From positions 8,060,001-8,124,000 of the forward strand of contig OU015566.1 of the NCBI GenBank assembly GCA_907165135.1: a stretch of 64,000 bases of DNA, written 5' to 3'. The notes beneath the pieces are model-generated. The model was not told the DNA's origin. It saw nothing but the letters and a program-made list of their open reading frames with translations, and ran no database searches. This DNA comes from Oikopleura dioica. Taxonomy: Eukaryota > Animalia > Chordata. The translations under genes were made by a program, and so were the position numbers. Positions 1-12,100 of this stretch are shown here, piece by piece (position 1 is the stretch's first letter; each line of letters starts with the position of its first letter).

Positions 1-118
1 CTCTCATTCTCTGGTACAGATCCATAAAGTTCGCCAGATCTCCTTCTCCTGGCGGAATCTCATAGTCATCAGAAGTAGCGAACAATGCTTTTGTTGCAAA
101 AAGGGAAAATATTCTCAT
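1..118 (-). CDS. 5' end of a possible secreted protein, nested antisense in the HERC1 intron (runs off window)
   Basis: Minus strand ATG at 118 opens MRIFSLFATKALFATSDDYEIPPGEGDLANFMDLYQRMR with no stop to the window edge. The N-terminus is signal-peptide-like. No family recognised. Confidence 0.4.
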   Translation of the reverse strand, partial: MRIFSLFATKALFATSDDYEIPPGEGDLANFMDLYQRMR

Positions 119-135
119 CTGACTTTTCTTTTTAG

Positions 136-3100
136 ACGAAACTGGTGGTGGAGTTCGCCGAAATGGTGCTAGAAGCTCAAATCCGCGTGTTACAGACGAA
201 TGAGCAGGATCTGGTTGAGTTAGCAGCTGAACTTACAAATTTTATCTGCGCCGCGGCGCTAAATGGTGCGCCAGCTATGCTCGTCAAATTGCGACCCTGT
301 CTTTCGCGGCTGTTGATCGTTTGGAATTCCAAGTACGAAACTTCTCGCAACACCGTCGAGCCGGAAGGGAACATTTGCCTCAACGACACATGTCGACTTG
401 TAGCGATTCTGCTTGGATCATCGATAAATCATCAGCTAGTCAATCCTGGCCGACCGAAAACGACGCTAGAAGACTTCAACTCGCTTGGAAACTTGACTGA
501 GTACGCAGAGTCGGTAAATCTATCAGACATTTCCGCGAAATTACTCGACGTCGATACGCCTGGAAGTCAAATTATAGTCTGTCAAATCGACCCGGACTTA
601 CACAATCTCGCATTTGGAGAAAAAATGTTTGCAGAAGCTGAAAATCAATGGAAGAAGCTCTTCCGAGATGCAAATCATCGAGATTGGCCTGCAAGAGATC
701 CAGAAGAAGGTGGTGAAAGAATGAAGCGATTCACTCGTATTCTTCTGGCAGCGTTTCTAAATCATAATCGCAACGAGACTTCTGCTGCTATTTATCGACA
801 AGTGTTCTTAATCCGCGAGCAAGTGTTAGAAGTCCTCCGTCAGCACAAGAGCCCGACTAATTCTGATGACGATGTTCCGGAGCTGGAAGGCGAGGAGCAA
901 GAAAATGCATCGACAACTTCCCTGAGACCAGTCCCACTTCAGCCAGCAATCGCTGGGGAGCGTATAGTCGCACCACCGTCTGAATCGCAACTGGGAACCC
1001 CATGGGGACCCTTTGACCCGCCGTTTACGAACATGCTTCTTCCCGGCGGTACAGTTCCACCACCAGAGCACAACGACGCGCAGCAGCCTCCGCTTTATCC
1101 TATTTTTAACCAGAACATTCGTAACCGTCGTCCATCATCAACAGAAGATTCACAGCCGAAAAGAGCGCGCACACAACACGACGAGGCTTCATTTTATACT
1201 CCTATTTTGAAAAAAGCACTTTATTTATTACTCTGTATCAACTCGAACCAAGAACCACGACAGTGCAGCGACAGTTTATCCGATCGGCGGAGCTCAATTA
1301 ATCTCGAAACTATAACAATGCGCGATTCATTAAAACACTCCTCATCTGATCTTAGCATCAGGCCTGGTCAGCTGGAGAGAAGGGCCTCATTCGACAGCGC
1401 AGTGAGATTTTCAAGATCCGAGTCACTCCTGGGCGATCATCTTTTTCTGCGTGAGAAGCCGCTGCAATCCGCAGTCAACATTGGAGAGCACATCCGTCGC
1501 GAAAAGGAGAAACAGGCCCAGAGCTCGCAAACGTCGAACAATCAAACGAGCAAAATGGAGACCCTGGCCTTCAAGCAAATCATCGAATTCATGAACGAGT
1601 CCTCGCTTGATCCAGAGAGCATGTTAAAGGTTATTCAATGGGAGGAGAACACAGCCAAATCACGAGTTGAAGCGCTGCAAGAGCTGCATCAATACATGGA
1701 GAATGGCTTCCTCAATAAACTCTGTGAAACAGCGCATCGTGCATTCCTAGTCTCAGTATTCGGGCTGCTACAGAATCCGCTGGCGAGAAATCCACTCGAC
1801 CATAGACTTCATCATTATCTTCAAGACGTAGCGCACGCACGACCCGCTTTGAAGTCGCAAATAACCCGCGTGTGGAAAGAGCTCACTGGAAAACTTTTAC
1901 AGCAAATGTCGTTAAGTTCGGACCGTCAAACTTCCGCTTCGGATGTTTATACCCTTTGTGGTCTCACACTCAAGTGGTTGAGCACTGATCTTACTCTTTT
2001 GGAAAATATCGCGCTGGCGACGATCAATTGTCTCGAAAGTACCGAAGGGGTTGATACTTCTGGTTTGTCCATCATGACGCCGCAACTGCTCCTTCAGCTC
2101 AACTTCGGTCAATTGAAAGTCGATGGACTTCACCAAATCGCATCAGTTGGCATGTCGCAAAGTATACTCCTCGCTGTTGGCATCTATGGTTCAAAATCAA
2201 GTCCAAAATTAATCAAACTCGCTTGCAAATATCTTCTCACGCAGTTATCTGAAATATGGGATTCAGCTCGGCCGAGTAAAAAGCGCGAAACATTTGAAAC
2301 GTGCCTGGCTGAGCTATTAGCCCTCATTAATCGCGTCATGTGGAATGAAGACATCTGCAAAGAATGTGCGAATCTTCAATGGGCTCTTTCGCTCCTTCAA
2401 GTGATTAGAATGGACTCATCTGGAGTCGCCCTGATAAAGAGTCTTCGTCCAAGATTGTTAGCGATTGAAGTTATGAAAAAGATCTCTCCGTTTATACAAG
2501 AAGACGACATTATTAACCAGTGTGTAGATGGAATGATGACGCATCTGTACGAGTCCCATTGGGTCCCCCTGCGTTTAGTCAATCAAGATCCGAATAGAGT
2601 CACGCTAAAAAGACTGTCAAATTGTTCGACAGATCTTGAATGCGAAGAAGTCTCTGGTCAATGTGGATGGAACGATGAACAACTTGTTTCCTGCACAATT
2701 GACAATTCCGACGCAAACGTTCTCTGTCACTCCACTGGTGGGCGCGGATACGGCATCGCTGCAGAATCACTTTCAAGCGGAAGACATGTTTGGAAAATAG
2801 ATATTTTAAACGAAGCGCGAGGCAACGAAGGAACTTGCATTGGCATTTCAAAACTGCCAGTTACAGATCACTCGCACAGAACAACGACAGATATGTGGCT
2901 TTATCGCGCGTATTCTGGACACATTTATCATGGTGGCGAGATTGGAAATCGAACTCTTCAGCCGTTCACACAAGATGACAGCATTACCTGTATTCTCGAC
3001 ACGGACGCTAGAACACTTTCTTTCGCGAAAAACGATGGAGAGCCTGCCCTGGCTTTCGAAGATCTACCTGTGGACACCGATTTCTACCCAGTTGTTACTT

Positions 3101-6100
3101 TTTACAGCTCAAGCCCTGGCGAGAAAGTCAGAATCTCTTCCATGATTACACAAGGCATTTTCAAAGACTTAGGTAAGAAAGGTTTTCTTGAATCGTTTAT
3201 TTTTGATGCTGGGGAAATTTCGAGCTCAAGCTAAATTTTGGAATAATTAAGCAGCTTTTGGAGGTTGATTTTCTCGCTCAAACCATCGGGTACCGATAAC
3301 TTCCTTGATTTGTTGCTTGATGACGAGTTGATTTTCCTCGTTGAAAGTGAAATATCGAGTGGTGTCGCCATACGCCATTCCAGTCTAGATGTATTTTTAT
3401 GGAAGCTTAACTATTTTTTAACTTACTGAATGGAGGATCATTTGATTTCCATCAACTTTAACGGTAGATTCAACTGGCTCATCGCTGAGGGATAAGTGAG
3501 GAGAAGGGCCTTCGAAAGACAAGTTCATGTCCATGTTCTTCAGTTTTGATTGAAAGGACATAAACATAGATGTCGGGTTAGGGTAGTCGACTTGCAAATG
3601 CACGGTCATCATTTGTGCGACTTTGCGTTTGATGTAACTCGCTTGGGAAGCGATGTAGATTGCATCCATGTTTTCTGTTTTCACCTTGAAATCTCAGTAG
3701 CTTTGAATAATTTGATGCAATTTACCTGAACCCATCGGCCCTTCAATCGCTCAAGAAAATCGCCCATCATTTTTTCAAAAAAATTTTGAACTCTTGGAAT
3801 TTACTCTTCTGATGTTTGGATTCTCTGCTGATATTTTTATGCAGAGAGTCCCACCCATCTTTGGTTATTTGCTTACGGTTCTGAGTTCATAGGTCACCAA
3901 AAATCAACACAAATGCGCATAATATTCTTTGAGATTTATTAGCAGTTTACTTTTGTCTTTCAAAATAGCGAATGCCAGTAACGTTTTTCTTTACGACAGT
4001 AGTTTTGATGGTGAGCTTGTCGCCTTCGACAATTCGAACTGTTCGGATCTCACCGGGGGAGCCGCCCCGAGTCACCATGACCAAATGTCCGTCTTCGATA
4101 AAGAGCTCGGACTCGACATCTTCATCAAGGAAATCTAGATATTTCGATAAATGATCGTTCAACGAGAGGATCTTACTTTTGTGCTTGGTGACTTTTGAGA
4201 TGCTGAATTTTTCTTTCTTGCTCATTACTTTCGTGGTAAAGTCGACATGGAATGTATCATCGTCGGGGAATGAAAAAGTGACGGTTGTACTCAAATTAAC
4301 GGCAATTTTTCTCTTCGCCCAGCCAAGACCTAAATGTCACGTTATCATTTTCTACCCTTTTCATTTGAACGAATTACCTGCAGCCTCGAGTTGTTTATCG
4401 ATATTCTCCTGTCCGCTTTGCTTCCAGGTGGCGGCGAGGTTTTGAATTTCTTTGGCGACGGGCATGGTAGTGCTAAAAAGGGGGAATTATTTCTTTTGAA
4501 TGGGTAAATAGCTTGACAGAGGCTTTTTATATTCGTTGGCAAGTGTCATTATTCTCAGAGCGTCAGTTGTAAAATACAGTTTTCTTTCTATTTGGCACCT
4601 CCTTTTTATAATTTTACGACAAATTACGCTATACGTAAAAGAATCCTTACTGAAATCAGTAAACTGCTCTCTCAATTTATCAGCTAACTGAGAGTTTACG
4701 ATAGTTGTCTCAAACTAGCTTTATTTAGTTGAGTCGTGAAAACAGCAAAAATGATGAGAACAATCAATTTTCTGCCTGGAAGCCAGATACCATTTTTTAA
4801 TCTAACCCCAGGGGATCATCTTACCTTCTTGATTTCTACTAGATTTCTCTGTAATGATGGATCGTCTATCAGATACGTTTTATATACCCGGGGTGCGGCA
4901 GGCCGAATGTGCGTACACACAGTTCGTCATCGTGGTTAGGAAATTAAACGAATGTTGTTTCTGTCAACAGTCTGCCTGGGTGTAATTTCGCTTCCCATGC
5001 TAATGACCCTTTAGAAAATTTCTCATTTCCTCTATTGATTCCTAAATACTGACAATGAACAAATAATGAGCAACCTGATTTTCTCCTGCGCGTCATCTTC
5101 AAGTAATCTTCTCTCTTGAATCCTCCTTCTGAGTTTTCCACAAGAAAGCACATTTGGAAAAATCTGTAACAAAATGGCTAATGCGAGCATCACCTCCTTA
5201 GATTTCCAAATGAACCCTATTTTTTTACTCTTATCGACTTTTCTAATCAAAAACGGTTTCTTTTAGCCCCGAAGCAGGCATTTGCTGAAGGTTTGATACT
5301 TGAATGGCGTGTTTATATTGTTCGTTTCATATGAGTTTGAGTTCAAACTAATGAATTTTTACTAACAGTGTGAAAATCCTCAATTTTTATCATGAAATAA
5401 AATTTCTTTTTAGGAGCTGGAGATCCTTTCCTCGCGCCAGACCCAACATGCGTCGCCGAAAGTCTCATCGAAACCATGCGATATCTTCATAAGGACCACC
5501 TTCTTTGGACAGAATCGATCAACCATCAAGTCCGTGAACGACTTCAAACTGCTGGAAATTGTGCCCGAGCTTCGGACGAAACTGCTCTAACAAAGGTACA
5601 ATTATTTAATAATATTTATTTGGGCAAGAAAGTACAGAAAACATATCCGTTGAATTTAAATAGATTTTGACTTTGAAGATACAGACACTTTAACATAAGG
5701 GACGCCAACAAAGCGCCAACTTTCCTCATTTTCGAAAGGAAAGAATTTTATTTCTGGTGAAGATTCGGGGTGCTCCATTTCGGCGTAGAAGAAGCTTTGC
5801 GAGACAATGCTTAAATTTAATGATAATGATAGAAAGAAAACACTTGATCGGGAAGTTAAAATATGCCTTTGCGTTTGTTTATCTACCTTAAATATGCGCC
5901 AATGCATATAAACAGGTGCCAGAAGCAGTGCAAATATGGAAAAGCCGACACATATTCGCACAAATTTCGATCAATTAGCCAACTTGAGAAGCCAAGAACA
6001 AACCAAAAGATGCTTATTTTGTTGAGCTTCTTGATTGTTTCGGATTTCGTTATTGAACTCTAAAATGAAATGTCACTTTGAAGTTCATTTTTCATCATTA

Positions 6101-9100
6101 CTCACCGCGTAAATGACAATGGCAACGCATGGAATGGCAAAGAAATGAAGTGCGTTGTGATTGATCTCAGGGTTCATAAAGCAAATTACAGTGAATGTTA
6201 CCGTAAGAACAGTCATCATGCGATAGAATGACTCTCGCTTCATCGGATAAGCTGTAAATTTGTTTATGATGAGTTTCTTTAATAAAACCACTTACGAAGC
6301 ATAAATGAGGGAAGGAATAGGGCCCAAGCACACATGATAACCCACAAAATAGCGATTTCATCGACCAATTGTCCGACCAGTGACAACGTACTGTGGAAAT
6401 ATATCGACCCAAGTCCAACAATCGTCAATAGAGCCCAAACATAACCAACAGGAACTCTTAGTACTTCGCCATAATTTTTGTATTTGATCGAAAGGATTGG
6501 AGGAATAATCAGAAATATTGCATTGCTTTGAAATTTATATTTCAGCTTTGTGTGGTTTTGAATTTCTGATTACCTGACTGTATTCCAAAATTCTGCGATA
6601 AAAGGCGTAACTCTATAATTTTCTTCACACCAATCAACTTCGCTACTCAACAATTTGAATTCCTTCGGGATCTCCATCTTTTTTTTCTCACTTTTTTCTA
6701 AATAAATTTTTATTCCCTCGCACAGGTTTTTTCGCACCAGCGCATCGATTTAATTGATTGAATTTATGTCGTTCAAAAAGGGAATATTTCCTTTTGCCCT
6801 CTTAGTAGGCTTTCCTATTGCCCTCTTAGTAGGCCCTCTTAGTAGGCTCTTACCGATCCTCTTTTGTGGATTTTGAACTTTCTTCACGCCCCTTTGATCT
6901 CTTTCGTTTATGCACAAGGTTGACTTTTTCCAAAAAGTGCGAACAAAACGGGTGCGCCGGCTGGATCGCGGCCAAGACCCTTCCGTCAAGTGTAGCGCCT
7001 CGGGCTTGAACTACTGTTATAATATTTAATGCTTCTCTATCCCCGTCAAGTGTTTTCAATAAGACATTTTTTCTTTACATAAATGTCTTTTGTATCCAGT
7101 CTCGTGCTGAAAAGCGCATGACTCTCGTAAAGCTTCGTTTTTATAAAGCCATTAAAATAATTTGAAGACAGTAATTAGATTTTATCCTAAAATAAAGAAA
7201 AAATAATAAATTCTCTTTTTAGCTTTGGCCTGCACTGATCCTCGTCTCCGGCTGCGATGGTGGATTCCGTGTTGGTGCAAAATGCGAATCTGAAATTTCT
7301 GACGCTACAGGTCTCATTACTGGACTCTTGAATCGCGCTACTGGACAAATTCGGGTTCAATGGGATACAACTGATTTTGAACCGAATCAGCCGATTCCGG
7401 ATACGCATCTCAAAGCTCTTCGAGCAACTCAAAATGATTGCTTCGATTTAGAACAATTTGGCGAAATCTCTCCAGAGACAATCTTGTCGCTCTTCCGACT
7501 TGTCGAGAACGAAGCTTTTGCAACAAAAGACAACTCAAACGCTACATCGCCATCTGTTACCCCGGCTGTGTCGGCCATGGACAACTCTGTTTCGTCAAGC
7601 AGGCCCCCTTTGGGGGAGCGAATCAAAGCTCGAGCCTTTGCAGGATTCATGGTGCAATCCGCAATGCTGCGATTCATTATGCTCTACTTTGGCTCTACGA
7701 ATGTCGCCCAAGTAAACTCGGCCCGCGAAGTCCTTCAGCGACTGGTGATGGAAGCGTCAAAGCCAAGCTCTCTCGAAATCGGCGTAAACCTAATGGACCT
7801 AAACCGATCCGCGAACATACTCCTCGCTTCTGCTATGGGCCAGGCTACTCAACTGGATTCTAGTCATTCCTTATCAAACGAAAGTATCGCTTTGGAAACA
7901 TCTGACGAGGACCTAGAAGAGCTCGAAGAAGATGATGAGGAAATGTCGACTGATGAAGATGACACCATTGAAGAGCCGATTTCTCACGGCCGTGCAAGGA
8001 ACGCGATCGAACAACTCCTCGAAGAACATCACATGCGACAGTCTACTGAGGGTGGCGGTCACTTGACCACACCTGAACCCTTGCCTCCCGCACCTCTTCA
8101 AGCTACAGATAATCCTACTGGTCGTCGAATGTCAGTGCTTCGTCCCTCTCGTTTCGGCGCACCACAACGATTCAGTAGCTCTGCCTCTTCTCACAGCGTT
8201 TCAGCAGAGGAATTTAGCGGTACGCCTTCTCATCCGTCACAGACTGCACAGATTGCACCGCCGATGCCACCTCCACCAGCACCAGAGCCGCCAGCAGTGA
8301 CGAATCTAGTGGAAATGGGTTTCGCCCTCGATCACATAAACAGCGGTATTCAAAGGCTTAATCTAACTGCACGAAGTATGAATGCTAATCAAATCGCCAT
8401 GCTCGCTTCATGGTTGATTGAAAATCCAGCCCCAGCCGTGATGCAGCCTTCCCAGCCTCAAAGTCCAAATCCAGAGGATGAAGATAATTCGGAGGAAACG
8501 AATGGAGACCAGATGGATATTCAACCTCTTTTGTTCGACCTGGAAGACTCACGAGTTGCAGATGCATTCGAGCTCATCGATCAGCCCTCGACTACTCGGC
8601 TGGTGGACGAGGGTGCGACCGGACCGGAGACCAGATGGCCCAACAACGTCATTCCTCCGCCAAGACAGCAACAACCAAACAGCATTCTAGCGCAATTGTT
8701 TGACGTTGAAGAAGGAAACGTAAACGAGCGACTCAAAGGAATCCTCCATGTTTTCCGCAGTGGGCAAATGGCTGATTCTAACGTTGAAGATCTTACTCAA
8801 GGACTTGCGTCAATGCCCAAGAAACTCAACGAAATCGCTGGTCAAATTGGCTTAGCAGGAAACGACATCCCTGATTCTGTCGTTCCAGAAGGGCCAGATC
8901 CACTCGGTGAAAAGCGACTGTTTATGAAAGACATCATTGATGATAAGTTTGAGCCGAATCAGAAGAATGCCAAGGAGCTTATGACCAAGTATCGCCTTTC
9001 GCAGCTGATCGGACAGACGAAACTAAACTGGACCGAGAAGTGCCACATCATGAGTTCGATTCTCGTGGCGGTGAAGGTTTTGACAGCCCGAGCAGTCGTG

Positions 9101-12100
9101 CTCAGAACTCTTGCCATGGCCGCTGTTCAACCCTTTGAGAAGATTGCGCCGACGCTAAAGCAATTCGGCCTCGATGATGTTAATCTTTTGGTAAAGCTGC
9201 TTTACTTGTCCGCGGCGACCAAAGAATTTATGCCGAAGAACTCCAAGTCGTCAACGATTCTCGATCAGGTAGGAATAATTATCGGCGATAAGTTTGTTTA
9301 CCCATCTTTCTAGGAGACAGCATCCCACACGCCACAGTCTCCTGGATACGTTTCTATCAAACACCTCAAGCGTGCATTGGAAGCGCTGGCTGCTGATCCA
9401 GAAAAAGCGGAAGTCATTATTGACATCGTTACAAAGGTAAGCCCCGGTTTTTTCGATCACGCTTTTTTCAATGATTGAAGTTGAAATTGCTCTTGTTTTA
9501 TTGCTCATTTTTGAAGGTTTTTACAAGTTCTTCATTTGGAGACTTTATTTTAGACTTTATTATTTTGGTTGCATAATATCATAATTGCTGTTGAGCGTGT
9601 TTGTTTCGTAATTTTTGCTTTCTCATGCTCGTAAACTTTCCAGTTTTGTGTGAAAGTTTCATAACTGCAAATCTTGCAATTTTCAAATGATACCAAAGCG
9701 AAGTTTTTTTATACAAAATTTTATTTACAGAAAATACAGTTGTTGAAACCAGCATATGATACAGAGCAGATTAACACAGTAGCAAATGCGTGGCCATATT
9801 GCACTATATGTTCCGAACAGGACAGAGATGAAGATTTATTTTCAACCTTTGACCGTGGCTCCCACTGCGGTGGCGCCCTTATTTTCAGCGCAATCACCGA
9901 TGGGAGTCAAGGCGAAAGGGGTTTTAAGGGACCCTTAATAAGGGTTCTGACGATATAATATTATTTGTCGAAAACTAAGGGTTGAAAAGTCATCCGCGAA
10001 GGTTTCCGACATATTGCACGTATCGAAGCGACATTTTTTCTAGCTCACAGAGCTATAAATTTAAATAAGTTAAAATTTCTCGAGAAAACCTTACAGTAAG
10101 ATTAGCTCAAAAAATTTTCAGAATTGAAAGAAAATTGCAGTACTTTTTTTTTGAAGATTAAGGTGATGATCCCCCACAGGGGGACTTTGAACCCTTTTTT
10201 GAGCGATGGAAAAAATTAAAGCGGGCCATGATTTTTTCAAAGACGCAAAAAAGGGGTTCAATATTGCATTTTTACCCGGCACATAAAAATAGGCGAAAAA
10301 AAGTTTTGTGTTGAAAAAGTAGGTGGTGGACTTGCCCTAGAATTAAAAATTCACGGACATTATTGCACATTTGTCCCAGAGTTATTCATTTGGTAATTTA
10401 CAAATTGAAGCGAAATTGCACTTTTCCCGTTGATAAGTTGGAGTTCAATGAGTTTTGTAGGGTGGTGGTGGTGGTATAACTTGTTGATGTTGTCTCTTTG
10501 TCTGCCACCCGGCGGGAGACCGGCGAACCATCGGAGAAGGTGGATTTTTTCACCGGAAGTGGCGGCTGTGTAAAAAGTAAAATTTTTGTTTTAGGGCCGT
10601 GTGCCCAAATTTGGCCTAACTGTTGACTTGAGGTGTCATCTCGAGGGCTTTTTGTCGGTCTCTGGTCAGCATCAGCCGGCGGTGTGCTTTTATGGGGAAG
10701 CCATAGGGCGCTCTGGAGTTGGGCTCGAGCTCTGTGGCTCGCCCTGTTCCACGTGGCAGCCCTTTCGGCCGCTAGGCCACGTTGCGCTCAGCCTGGGCTT
10801 TGTTTCCTTTTACGGTCGAGAACTCTCTTCGCCATCGCTATTTTCCTATGCCTACATGTGTGTGTATAATTGAATTTCTCATACTCAGCAATGTTGACTT
10901 TTCAGCTGTAATTGAGCAAATTACGCTTTTGTGCTAATGCTCTTGTTTTTGAACGAAAATCATCTGATTCTGCGTTTTCTGCTGAATAGTTGTCTGAGAC
11001 ACGAGTGTCAAGTCTCGTGAACTTTTGATCAAAGAATGCTTGGGTTGATTTACAAGGACTTGATAGAAGGTCAATTCGCCAAGTACTAGTTTTCGAAGTT
11101 GTTTTCGAATGCTTTATTCTCCGCACAGAATAAAATTTATGCATTTATAATTAATCAAACATCAAGGTGACAAACCGCCGTCACAAATTGTATTTTTAGT
11201 TGAGGGATACTCTTGTTGATATCGATTTAAATGAGATGAATGCATTGTATTTTACTGCGCGGCAGCGAACCCGCGCGTGTCGATATTGATGATGCTGTCG
11301 ATTGTCAGCTGAGTCGATACAGAATTAAACATTCTGGAGGTGGCTGTTATAATTAAGCTACGTTAATAAAGACACTAATCAGAATGAGTGAGTAATAGAA
11401 AAATCGAGCTTTAGAGAGCGGTACTAGAGTTAAGAAATCGTCAAAAGCCACGTCGCCCATTGCCAACGTGGCAGTGGAATCGCGCCGCGGCCGCGCTCTC
11501 TTCTCTGTCCTTGACAGAAATATATACTGAAATAAGTATCTGGGATGGTTGCGTGGAGATGTAGGAAATCTATGAAATCCTGTGCATGAGTGCTTTCGAG
11601 TGGCGAATAATGAAGTTTCATAAGGATATCTTTGTGATTGTATTGAGTATCACTTGGAGTCTTTTTATTAGCTTTCCGTGTTCCTAGGATGTAAAAGTTC
11701 TGTAGTGGCTTATCAGTAAGACTTTGAAAACAACTTAGGATCAATAATACTGTATCATTGATACTAGATTCTCATCTATTGAGAAATTTTAGGTAAAATA
11801 GTCTTAATTCTTGTTTAAATAAATAAGTTGTTTGCTGAAGAAAGCGTTGAAGAATCTTTTCACTCAGAGTCAATAGCATAATCTTGGTAAATTTCACAGC
11901 TGACCGACGATACTTCGAAAATCGCCCCCTACTGTGATACGATATCGCACCTTGTAGCGAAAGTTTTTGTCCGGAAACCTTCTGCCCTAAATCTGCCGCG
12001 TTTCCTTTGTCATTATTAGCTCGGGGTGCTACTTTGTCCGACAATTTGCGGAAATTGCGGAGAACCGGCAACAGAGATGAACAAACAAAAAGGGCTGTTG

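Noticed and set aside
1-118. EB1-like C-terminal motif (ALFATSDDYEIP)
   Set aside because: It sits right after an initiator Met and signal-like segment, which is incompatible with its position in EB1.
145-3234. ORF-track starts and ends taken as real protein termini (also 7328-9313, 14037-17291, 55013-56284)
   Set aside because: They are internal exons that read through into introns; splice sites define the true boundaries.
6900-7060. tRNA/SINE-like element (GTTCAAGCC B-box-like on minus)
   Set aside because: No A-box at a suitable distance and no cloverleaf could be drawn.
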